From a virus (taxonomy: Duplodnaviria > Caudoviricetes), in IMG/VR virus record IMGVR_UViG_3300005662_000054, positions 1-54,572 of that record: a stretch of DNA of 54,572 nucleotides; one strand, given 5' to 3'. Position numbers and translations under genes: made by a program. How positions within the stretch are numbered: position 1 is the stretch's first letter; each line of letters opens with the position of its first letter. The notes below the pieces were generated by a model that made no database searches, had not been told where the DNA came from, and saw nothing but the letters and a program-made list of their open reading frames with translations. Below, one piece after another: positions 1 through 8,800 of the stretch.

Positions 1-606
1 AGAATTTTTTCTGATATGAGTCAATCTTTAGGAAAGATTCCCGTAAACGTTACAGAATTAGACATAGATATAGGTGCTTTTGCCTGCCATAAATTTGGAG
101 GTATGAATGGGCTTGGTTTTATATATCTTAAAGATTCTAGCTGGTGGACTCCTTTTGGGACTGGCTCACGCTATTACACTGATCGAACGGGTACTCCAGA
201 CGCTTGTATGGTTGCGGCTTCTGCCTTCGCTTTAGAAAAAGCATTAACTTCATTTAAAGAACGTTTTCAACGCTGTCAAGAATTTCAATCTACTATCGAA
301 CCTGAATTAAAATCTTTAGGTTACTATGTAGTAGCAGAAGATACTTGTCGCTCGCCTAATACTACCTTTATACATAAAAAAGGCGCTATTAATGATTTAT
401 TAAAATTAAATAACAGTAATATTTATTGTGGATTAGGATCTGCTTGCGGATCTCATGCTACAGGCGTTAGCAAATCTTTAAAGAATTTCGTATATCCACT
501 AGAATACAAAACATCTTCTCCTCATGATTTTATTAGAATGTCACAATGGGGAGAATATGGAAAAAAAGAAGCTAAAAAAGTTATTGATGTTTTAAGGAAA
601 ACTTGA
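1..606 (+). CDS. iscS: Cysteine desulfurase (IscS/NifS/DndA-like, class V PLP enzyme), 5'-truncated by the window edge
   Basis: Frame is open from base 1 (RIFSDMSQSLGKIPV). Shows the D-x-x-Q-x-x-GK motif, PLP-lysine motif ACHKFGG, RTGTPD (R-x-GT-x-N-like) and catalytic loop GSACGS. Confidence 0.85.
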   Translation, partial: RIFSDMSQSLGKIPVNVTELDIDIGAFACHKFGGMNGLGFIYLKDSSWWTPFGTGSRYYTDRTGTPDACMVAASAFALEKALTSFKERFQRCQEFQSTIEPELKSLGYYVVAEDTCRSPNTTFIHKKGAINDLLKLNNSNIYCGLGSACGSHATGVSKSLKNFVYPLEYKTSSPHDFIRMSQWGEYGKKEAKKVIDVLRKT

Positions 607-926
607 AACATGTTAAAGGATTACCAAAGATAAAATGCGAAATATCCGAATGCAATGTTACAGATTCAGCCGCTCTACATTACCATCATATAATAGAGCA
701 AAATGAATTACAAACAGATAATAGTATTTGGAATTTGTGCGTAATTTGTGCTGTTCATCATAATTTAGTTCATGCTGGAAAATTAAAAATTATAGGACCA
801 TATCCATCGACGCATAATAATGGAAGAATTCTAATTTATGAAATAGATGGAAAATCTAATGTTCCAGGAATAAATAAACCATATTACCAACCAAAGCCAA
901 AAGGGCTTAGAATAAGGAAAAAATGA
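603..926 (+). CDS. HNH endonuclease family protein
   Basis: CEISEC...LHYHHII...NSIWNLCVICAVHHNLVH. The TTG start overlaps the upstream stop (TTGA). Confidence 0.75.
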   Translation: MKHVKGLPKIKCEISECNVTDSAALHYHHIIEQNELQTDNSIWNLCVICAVHHNLVHAGKLKIIGPYPSTHNNGRILIYEIDGKSNVPGINKPYYQPKPKGLRIRKK

Positions 927-1207
927 AAGACACTAGTAAACCAGTACCAGAAAGAGAAATGAGAGTTAGAGTCATGAAGATGGCAAAGCTTTTGGGGTGC
1001 TCTTCGGAAGTTGAAACAATTTTTAAAAAATACGATTCATTACTAAAAAATTGTGTAGACCCCACTGAAAGATACCAAATAGGCTTGGCAGGCGTAAGTG
1101 AATTACATACACTAATGGGTATGAGAGGCGCACTCATTGTTAATGGTCAGATTATCATACCTCAAGCAGAAAATTTTGATCCAAATAAATACCGAATTTC
1201 CGGCTGA
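923..1207 (+). CDS. Hypothetical protein (94 aa)
   Basis: ATGA overlap with the HNH stop and AAGGA upstream; no recognised motif. Confidence 0.7.
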   Translation: MKDTSKPVPEREMRVRVMKMAKLLGCSSEVETIFKKYDSLLKNCVDPTERYQIGLAGVSELHTLMGMRGALIVNGQIIIPQAENFDPNKYRISG

Positions 1208-1217
1208 TCTAATTAAA

Positions 1218-1237
1218 AAGTGAAAATTATTTCACTT
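1218..1237. promoter_or_regulatory. Inverted repeat AAGTGAAA-atta-TTTCACTT (possible operator or weak terminator)
   Basis: Perfect 8-bp arms in the intergenic gap upstream of the cold-shock gene. Confidence 0.35.
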
Positions 1238-1295
1238 AAATGTAAAAAATTAAGCACATATATCTATAATTTCATATTTTATTAGGAATATGAAT

Positions 1296-1523
1296 ATGGA
1301 AAAACAATTTAATGGAAAAGTTATTTGGTTTAACCCTAAGAATGGCTATGGCTTCATTGAATGGTCAGATGACGGAGTAAAGCAAAAAGACATGTTTGTT
1401 CATTTTTCTGATATTGTTTGCGAGGGATTTAAAACCTTGTCAAAAGATCAGGAGGTTACTTTTAAATTAGGTAAGAATCACAGTGGCAATCCAAAAGCCA
1501 TTGAAGTCACTATTGTTAAATGA
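1296..1523 (+). CDS. cspA: Cold-shock domain protein (CspA family)
   Basis: GKVIWFNPKNGYGFI (RNP1) and DMFVHFSDI (RNP2), followed by GFKTL...V.F. AGGA at 1284-1287 spaces better to ATG 1296 than to ATG 1290. Confidence 0.92.
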   Translation: MEKQFNGKVIWFNPKNGYGFIEWSDDGVKQKDMFVHFSDIVCEGFKTLSKDQEVTFKLGKNHSGNPKAIEVTIVK

Positions 1524-1915
1524 AATTTTTAATTCACAATCGTTCTAAGACGGCAGTCTCAATTGGAGACTTGAGAATTACCATTCCACCTGGGGGAACA
1601 ATCAATTTATTAAATAATAAATTGGGAATTACATTGGATCAGATTGAAAAATCTTATTCAACAGGTTCGATATTTAAAAAGAAAAATAAATTAGTAAAAG
1701 TAGAAGACGTTCCCCCTGGTAATTTTATTAACATAACAGTTTCTAAACTACCAGGAATGACCGATAATCCCATAGGGATATTTTCCAAAAATACTTCTGT
1801 ATATAGTGAAGTGTTTGGAGAAGATGTAAACGTTTCTGATGATGAATTTATTAAACAAATGATTGAGGAAGAGCAGATGCTCTGGAATCCTCATGAAAAG
1901 AAAAAACAAAAATAG
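1520..1915 (+). CDS. Hypothetical protein (131 aa)
   Basis: ATGA overlap with the csp stop; no confident motif. Confidence 0.7.
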   Translation: MKFLIHNRSKTAVSIGDLRITIPPGGTINLLNNKLGITLDQIEKSYSTGSIFKKKNKLVKVEDVPPGNFINITVSKLPGMTDNPIGIFSKNTSVYSEVFGEDVNVSDDEFIKQMIEEEQMLWNPHEKKKQK

Positions 1916-1922
1916 CAAAAAC

Positions 1923-1937
1923 TAATATTTTCGCATA
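1923..1937 (+). promoter_or_regulatory. Candidate phage late promoter YAAT-N7-YATA (TAAT ATTTTCG CATA)
   Basis: The same spacing recurs upstream of many structural genes; ATG lies 5 nt downstream with no SD. Confidence 0.5.
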
Positions 1938-1942
1938 TTAGT

Positions 1943-2848
1943 ATGGCTACATTAAAACCCCGTTCGCAAATAATTCATCCTACTGAAGGGGTAAGTTTAA
2001 GGGCACAATTCTATGATCTTGCTGGAGATCCAGTTGATCTAGTATCTGTTCCTCAAGTATCTATTATTCAGCCCAGTGGTAACGTAGTAATTGGACCTAC
2101 TTCAATGGGTGTTTACCGTGTAGACACTGGATTGTATGGATTTGATTATACAACACAATTACAAGTTAATCAGGGTGTTTGGGTAGATCTTTGGAGAGGA
2201 CAGATACCTTCAGGTCAAACTGTAGTTAAAGAATTTAATTTTACTGTATTTTATACTCAAACCCCATTAACAAATAGTGATGGATATTGGGCATTGGGAG
2301 ATGATGTACCATTTAATTACTCTCAAACTGCCATATTAAATATTAATAAATTGTTAAAAGGATTAAAAGCTAGATTAAAGTCCAGTGGTAAATCAGCTGG
2401 AGTAGACCAGTTTAACAATCCAATTTATGTTGATTGTGATATTTATAGCACAGATCAATTAGTGACATTCTTGGCTCAAGCATTAAGTATGTTTAATGAA
2501 ATTCCTCATTTTACAGCATTTGAATTTCATCATACGGAAATTGTAACAATATTTTATAATGTATTAGTTCAGGGAGCGACACTATTAGCTTTGTCTAGCC
2601 AGGCTTTGATTGAAAGAGGAAGAGAATATAGCTTGAGCGATAACGGCGTTAGCTTGACCCCTCCAACAGTTAGCGAACTGCTTAATACGCAATGGAGTAC
2701 AGAATTGAGCAATCATATGGAAAGGGTCAAGATGATAAAAGTTTCGATGAAACCGTCTCCGCAAGCGCTTGGCACATTGACAGGAAGCGTTGCCCGCGCT
2801 CCTCAATTCGCTCGTCTCCGTTGGCTCAGAGCCCGTCAAATCTACTGA
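1943..2848 (+). CDS. Putative neck / head-tail adaptor protein with N-terminal Ig-like beta-sandwich
   Basis: Beta-rich N-terminal domain (LRAQFYD..G.PVD...VSIIQPSG...TGLYGFDYT...GVWVDLW), helical C-terminal half, first gene of the structural block; contains one DGY. Confidence 0.5.
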   Translation: MATLKPRSQIIHPTEGVSLRAQFYDLAGDPVDLVSVPQVSIIQPSGNVVIGPTSMGVYRVDTGLYGFDYTTQLQVNQGVWVDLWRGQIPSGQTVVKEFNFTVFYTQTPLTNSDGYWALGDDVPFNYSQTAILNINKLLKGLKARLKSSGKSAGVDQFNNPIYVDCDIYSTDQLVTFLAQALSMFNEIPHFTAFEFHHTEIVTIFYNVLVQGATLLALSSQALIERGREYSLSDNGVSLTPPTVSELLNTQWSTELSNHMERVKMIKVSMKPSPQALGTLTGSVARAPQFARLRWLRARQIY

Positions 2849-2861
2849 TACAAGGAAAGAA

Positions 2862-2993
2862 ATGCGATATCAAGTCTATGCGCATATTAATAAGACTACA
2901 GGAAAAGTTTATATAGGAATAACTAGCAAAGACATGATGAAAAGATGGTACCGTCATGTAATAGAATCCGGCAAAAACAATCCTAAAAATTAA
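2862..2993 (+). pseudogene. Truncated GIY-YIG homing endonuclease remnant (43 aa)
   Basis: MRYQVYAHINKTTGKVYIGITSKDMMKRWYRH carries the GIY-YIG N-terminal motifs and the conserved Arg, then stops before the catalytic Glu region; AAGGA upstream. Confidence 0.75.
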
Positions 2994-3062
2994 TATTACT
3001 TTAATTGTATAATTAAAAAGTATAAAAAGACACTAAGTTAAAACAATTATTTCAGGCTCCAT

Positions 3063-3863
3063 ATGAGTGTAAAAGAAGACTTAAAATTACTTAATAAAAT
3101 TAAACAAAAAATTAAATCTAGCGATACTGTTAAAGAGATTTTTAAAAAAGAAAAAAAATCTTTAGATTTAATTGACCACATGCCAATGTGCTTTGCGCCT
3201 TTAGAAGTTTCCGCTCGCACTCAACATGGCATCATTTATTTTAATAATAAATTAAGAAAGCAACCAGATCAAATTGATCATTACATGGTTCACGAAATTA
3301 CTCACGTCCTTCAACAATGTTTTGCAGATGGTCCAACACAAGGTTCTACCAATAAAACATATTTAGATAACCCTTATGAACAAGAAGGTTTTCAAAATCA
3401 GACTAAATTTATTACCGAAGAGGATGGAGAAGAAGCAGCAGATCAATACATAGAAAGAGTCTTAGAGCATCATGACGTTCCGGAAAGCGAAAAAGAAGAT
3501 AAAAAAGACGCTTTGCTTTCAACTTCTTCTATTGAGAACAGATTAGAAATTTACAAATTAGCTGCAAAATCAAAACAATTATCATTATTTCCTGAACCAA
3601 AACGAGTTATTGAACAAGAGCCAGCAAACTATCCAAAGTCCTATGTAGAAGGGGCTGGGCAAATAGTAAGAGAGTTGGAATTACTAGAGCAAAAAGATCC
3701 TGAAGCCTTAAAAAGACAAAGAATAAGTCAAGAAAAAGATATGGAGGAAAGAGCAAAGGCTTACAGCGGTCTTAAGCGACCAATCCCCATTGATCCTGAA
3801 AGTAGAGCCAGAATTGATAAATTAATGGAAGAACTAGAAAAGCTTAAAAATAAAAGAAGCTGA
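3063..3863 (+). CDS. Zincin-type (HExxH) metallopeptidase-like protein, DUF4157-like, with QLSLF motif
   Basis: YMVHEITHVLQQ (HExxH at 3291-3305), downstream NPYEQEG as candidate third ligand, QLSLF at 3576-3590, charged helical C-terminus. Confidence 0.65.
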   Translation: MSVKEDLKLLNKIKQKIKSSDTVKEIFKKEKKSLDLIDHMPMCFAPLEVSARTQHGIIYFNNKLRKQPDQIDHYMVHEITHVLQQCFADGPTQGSTNKTYLDNPYEQEGFQNQTKFITEEDGEEAADQYIERVLEHHDVPESEKEDKKDALLSTSSIENRLEIYKLAAKSKQLSLFPEPKRVIEQEPANYPKSYVEGAGQIVRELELLEQKDPEALKRQRISQEKDMEERAKAYSGLKRPIPIDPESRARIDKLMEELEKLKNKRS

Positions 3864-3898
3864 TAGTAAAACATAAGATTAATTTGGCATAAATATGT

Positions 3899-5503
3899 AT
3901 GGCATGTGAACCTCCTGTACCTACATATTTACCTGTAACCATTACTGGTCTGCAAAAAGTTTCTTGCAGTTCAGATGGTCAGTCTATTATTTTAAATTGG
4001 ACTAGGGCTTATCCAAACCCATATAATTATCAATTAGGTTACAACATATATTACTCAACTGTTAAAGAAGACGTATTTAGCGAAGGTCCAAAATATTTAG
4101 TCATAGATAATAAAACATCTATAGAATTATTAGATTTTACTCCTGGAGATAGCTATTATTTTGCTGTTCGGGCAACTCAATTCGATCCTGCGGTAGTTTC
4201 TTTATCTGGATTGCCTGATTTAGGAGTGGCTAAAATATATCCCGAATCTTTATTACTGTCACCTATGACAGAAACTGATACTTCTATGTTTGTAGAAGAT
4301 ATTAATTTATTTCCAAATTATGGAATTGTCCAGGTAGGTGTAGAACTAATTAGTTACACTAATAGAGATATTCCAAGCAGTGCTCTTACAGGTTTAAACA
4401 GAGGAATTTTAAAAACTACAGCTCGTGCTCATGATGTAGATGGATACGATGGGTATGATCAATGGGATCCATTTGTTAAATTTTTTAAAGGATTTGAAGA
4501 GAAAAATACAAAATCTTTTATGGAAACAATAAATTATGCTTATCCTAACTATCCATATAGTCAGACTGATGGTTACAAATATAGCAAAGATATTGTTTAT
4601 TCTAATTTAGATAATACTGAAATAAATGAATCTGATTTTCCAAAGTATGATTTAGTGGGATGGAGAAGAACCAATCCAAAAGATTATTTAACTGGAAAAT
4701 GTGTAGGAACTTATTTTGGTGGAGAAATTTATTGTGCAGATGGTTACGATGGAGTTGGAAGACAGCTCAGAGGAATATCTGTAACTGATGAAAACAATCG
4801 CAGAGAAGAGTTGCTATTAGAGCAAACTGGAAGAGAAGCTGTTCTTTTAAGAAGATATCATACAGGAATTCGTTGTAAATGTTTTATAGCGGAAGTGGAG
4901 CAGCCTGATGATAGGTGCCCTTCATGTTTTGGAACAGGATTTACAGTAGGATATCATCAATTTTTTAATCCAAGAAGAAGCGATGGAAGAATTTTAGTTA
5001 GAATAGATCCTACAGATGAAGATATTGCACAACAAGATGCTGGTCTAGAAAATACATTAACACCTAATGGTTGGACATTAGTTTATCCAATTATTAAAGA
5101 CAGAGATGTAATTATTCTTTATGATACTTATGAAAAAACTTTAGAAGATGCCAGATATGAAATATTATCTGTAAATAGAAATGTTTTATTTTATGGAATA
5201 AGTGGTGCTCAAAAATTTAGAGCACAAAGAATTCGCAAAACAGATTCTGTTTATAAAATTAAAGTATTTTCTGATAGCTCTATGATGCCATCTAAGTTAA
5301 CAACTAGTATTAACATGGGAGGGCAATTCTTGCCTCATTCTCATGAAGTAGTTGTTAGTGAAAAAATATTAAATATTTCTCAAATTAATCAATTGACTAG
5401 TTTGGGAGGATCGAATCCTACTCAACAGCATACGCATCAGGTAGTTAATGGAATTATTCAGCCTGCGGCTGATGGTCACGTTCACACAATTTTCTTACCT
5501 TAA
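3899..5503 (+). CDS. Putative neck/head-closure structural protein with FN3-like N-terminus, Cys4 zinc site and C-terminal HxH repeats
   Basis: FN3-like IILNWT...GYNIYYS...YYFAVRA; RCKC...CPSCFGTGF; HSH/HTH/HVH near the C-terminus; four DGY. Confidence 0.55.
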   Translation: MACEPPVPTYLPVTITGLQKVSCSSDGQSIILNWTRAYPNPYNYQLGYNIYYSTVKEDVFSEGPKYLVIDNKTSIELLDFTPGDSYYFAVRATQFDPAVVSLSGLPDLGVAKIYPESLLLSPMTETDTSMFVEDINLFPNYGIVQVGVELISYTNRDIPSSALTGLNRGILKTTARAHDVDGYDGYDQWDPFVKFFKGFEEKNTKSFMETINYAYPNYPYSQTDGYKYSKDIVYSNLDNTEINESDFPKYDLVGWRRTNPKDYLTGKCVGTYFGGEIYCADGYDGVGRQLRGISVTDENNRREELLLEQTGREAVLLRRYHTGIRCKCFIAEVEQPDDRCPSCFGTGFTVGYHQFFNPRRSDGRILVRIDPTDEDIAQQDAGLENTLTPNGWTLVYPIIKDRDVIILYDTYEKTLEDARYEILSVNRNVLFYGISGAQKFRAQRIRKTDSVYKIKVFSDSSMMPSKLTTSINMGGQFLPHSHEVVVSEKILNISQINQLTSLGGSNPTQQHTHQVVNGIIQPAADGHVHTIFLP

Positions 5504-5513
5504 AAAATCGTCA

Positions 5514-5630
5514 TTGATCTTACTTCGTAAGATCAAGATCAGATCTTAATAGATCTAGATCTTATAATATATATTATATATAGATCTTATATAACGCGCA
5601 CACGCACGTATTACGCGCGTATAATATAGA
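5514..5630. other. GATC/AGATCT-rich palindromic non-coding element (origin-like or cruciform)
   Basis: 7 GATC in 5516-5586, a 10-bp hairpin at 5514-5536, palindromes at 5551-5562, 5563-5578 and 5613-5620, and an alternating purine-pyrimidine run at 5594-5611. Confidence 0.55.
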
Positions 5631-5818
5631 AAAAATATTTTTTTAGTTTGTGGTAATGATTTAGAACGGACTAGAGTTGCTTGGTAGGTGCTAGCATGAC
5701 GGATAAATATAATCCAGGTAAATAAAACTTAGCTTTATAATTGATTTACTGTGAAGTGAGCTGTCTAGGGTCAAGTTCAAATCTAAAAGACTAAATAAAC
5801 TTATTCTAGCAATTAGGG

Positions 5819-5833
5819 CAATCTTTTGGCATA
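5819..5833 (+). promoter_or_regulatory. Candidate late promoter (CAAT CTTTTGG CATA)
   Basis: Matches YAAT-N7-YATA; ATG 5 nt downstream. Confidence 0.5.
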
Positions 5834-5838
5834 AAGGC

Positions 5839-8800
5839 ATGACAAAATTCGTAGGATCAAGCAGAGTAAGAGAAGGTGGTCGTCCTGTAACTCACTATCA
5901 GGATTTTATTTCCCATGTAGGCGGGGCTGACTGGCGACATGAAGCTGATCAAATTGATATGAATCCGCCAGTTCCAACTTTAGTTGGAACAACTGTTCAA
6001 GCTGCTTTTGAAAATTTATACACTTTCGTTTTATCAACAGGTACCGGATATGTATCTATTGGCTATCAATTACCAAGTTCTGATGGTTATATTCAAGGAA
6101 CTTACAGTGTAGGATCTACTGCCACCCCTACGTTTGAAGATGCTATGACTGCAGCTTTTGCAGATTCACGTTTACAAAATGGCGGTACAATCTTTATATT
6201 ACCTGGATATTATAGAGTTTCTTCTACAATAGAGGTTCCTGCTGGGATTTCTTTGATGGGAGATCCTTCCGGAACTTATATAGTTGGTCAAACCTCTGGT
6301 GGTAGTCCAGTATTTAAATTTAATGCTTCTAATTCAATATTTAGTATTAATGGAGACTCTGGTAGCGGAGACCAAGAAGTACTAAGGGGAACAGGGGTTA
6401 AGCAATCTACGGTTGAAAAATTAATAATAACTGATAATTCCGATGGTTATGTTAATAGCGGAGACTCTACATTAAGCGGCACTTTAAATTCTTTGGTTTT
6501 TTTACAAAGGGGTGCTAATGTATTATTTACAAAAACTTCATTTATTGGCAGATTAAATGACGGAGCAGTTTTAAATAGATTAAAAACTTCTTCTGCAATT
6601 TATTGTTCATCAACTGGCGGTTCTAAAGGAACTGCTTTAAGAGTTGAGGGTTGTTATTTTGATGGAGTTAAGCAAGCTGTAAATTTCAAATCTAATCTTG
6701 GTAATCAAGATTATGTTTCAATTAAAAATTCAAAAATTAGATTCTATGGAGCAGAAGGTGCTTCATATGATAGCGTTACAGGCTATGATTCTGTTTTAAA
6801 TACTTCTTTGGCAAATATTGAATTTGAAAATAATTATATTGCAGGAGCTGGGGGGTACGCAAAAACTTTAGTTTATGTAGATTCTACATCGGTAACATCT
6901 ACGAATTGTACTTTAAAAATTGTAAATAACTCTGGATATTCGGTAAATAACTTGACCGAGCTATGTGATTATAATAATTCTAGTTCTATTCATTCAGTAA
7001 TGTCTGGAAATACCTGGTCGCCTGGGAGATATGGGAATAATTCTTGGACAGTAGTGATTGGCGAGCAAGAGGGTGATATTATTGGAACCGGGGCATTAGA
7101 TTTATTATTATCTACGTATGTTGCTGCAAATGCTTTAAATCCAACAACCGTTATATTGAATCCTGGAACTTATACGCTCAGTGTTGCTAGTGGCAGTTTT
7201 TATGGTATAAAATTAAAAGGAAATCCAATAGGCAAATATTATCCTATTGTTGTTTCTAATCTTTCTGCTGGAACAACAAATCATTTAGGAAATAGGTACG
7301 TTGTTTTTGGAAATCAAATAGAGAATATTTATTTTAAATATTCTTCAAATATAAATTCTATTCATGCAAGTTCTGCTAGAGGGCTAGCTACTGAAGATGC
7401 TGCTGAGAGCATAACGGTAAATAATTGTCAATTTATAAATACAAATTTATATATAGATGTATCTTCATCTGATACGGCAACTAATTTAACTGGTTCCCAA
7501 GAAGGTACTCCAACGAGTATACAAGTCACAGTTTCCAATTGTAGATTTTATCATACTACTGGTGGGAAAAATTGGGGCTTATATTTACCAAACATAAATA
7601 ATGTTAAGTTAAATAAATGTTATTTTCATGGTTCTAGTTATGCTTTAATTTATGGTCCTTCAGTTTTATCAACTGGGACAAAATATTCTCATTTTGATAT
7701 GGAAAGTTGTATATTTGATCTTTCCGCAGAAACAATAGATAGCGATCCAACATATGGATCTCCATATTATTTAGATATTCAAAGCGAAAATACCACTTTT
7801 AATATGAGCAAATGTTCGTTCATATCTTCTGATTTTGGAGATTCAGCAAATGCAGTATTTAGCGGCGTAGCAACGGCAAATAGATTTATTAATATTAGTG
7901 TAAAAAATGCAAATATTAATGAGTGCTATTTTAATACCCCTAATTATACATATACATCTCCGGGAAATTATCCAATGGCAGGATTATATTTGCAATGGGA
8001 TGAGAATTTAAATGTATCAAATAGTACATTTAAATGTGGAGGTGTTCCATTAAAAGTTATTAGGAATTCTTCCGGAACCCAAAACTCTTGCAATATAACA
8101 AATAATTATTTTCAAAATTTTGCCTCCGGAGTAACTCAAACTTTATTAGATTTAGAATGTGATTTTGGATTAACTTATGCTCCTGTAATTAATTTAAAAT
8201 CTAATTATTTTAATAATAAAACGACCGCTTCTAGTAGATATGTCCAACATACGGATGTAACTAGTACTGCATATGATACGGGTGCAGTTGTTCAAATCTA
8301 TGCTAGGGGGGCATTAGTTAATGCTTCTGATAATTCTTTTTACGGAGCGATTCACGAGCCTACGAGCAATCCATTCACATTCTTGTCTGCAATGTATTTT
8401 AATACATGTAATTCAGATTCTGGAGCTACAACTCACTTAAACCATGTTAATTTATTAGGAAATAATATTAATGTAATTGGTGCAACGGCAGTGCCTTCTG
8501 GAGGAACGTTGACTGTAAGTTCTTCTGCTCATGTTCAATCTACTTATATGAATATAAAAGATAATTATTTAAATTATAACAATGTTGGTGGGGTGCCAAC
8601 TGGTAATCTATCTAATCTTTTCTTACAAGCTTATAATATAAATTCAGCAGGAGATGCACTTGTATCGGGGAACACTTTTGACAGAATAAGTATGACCGGA
8701 TCTTTAACCGACGTTACTGAATTTATTTATGTATACACTGGCGGGTACCGAGGCAAGATAATTAATAATAATTTCAATGATTCAACGGTAGACGGATCTA

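Noticed and set aside
2692-2993. ORFs 2692-2916 and 2790-2993 as full genes
   Set aside because: They overlap the neck gene; only 2862-2993 has an SD and GIY-YIG motifs.
5504-5838. CRISPR array, tRNA or structured ncRNA in the large intergenic gap
   Set aside because: No repeat-spacer periodicity and no cloverleaf or T-loop motif; the repeats are short palindromes only.
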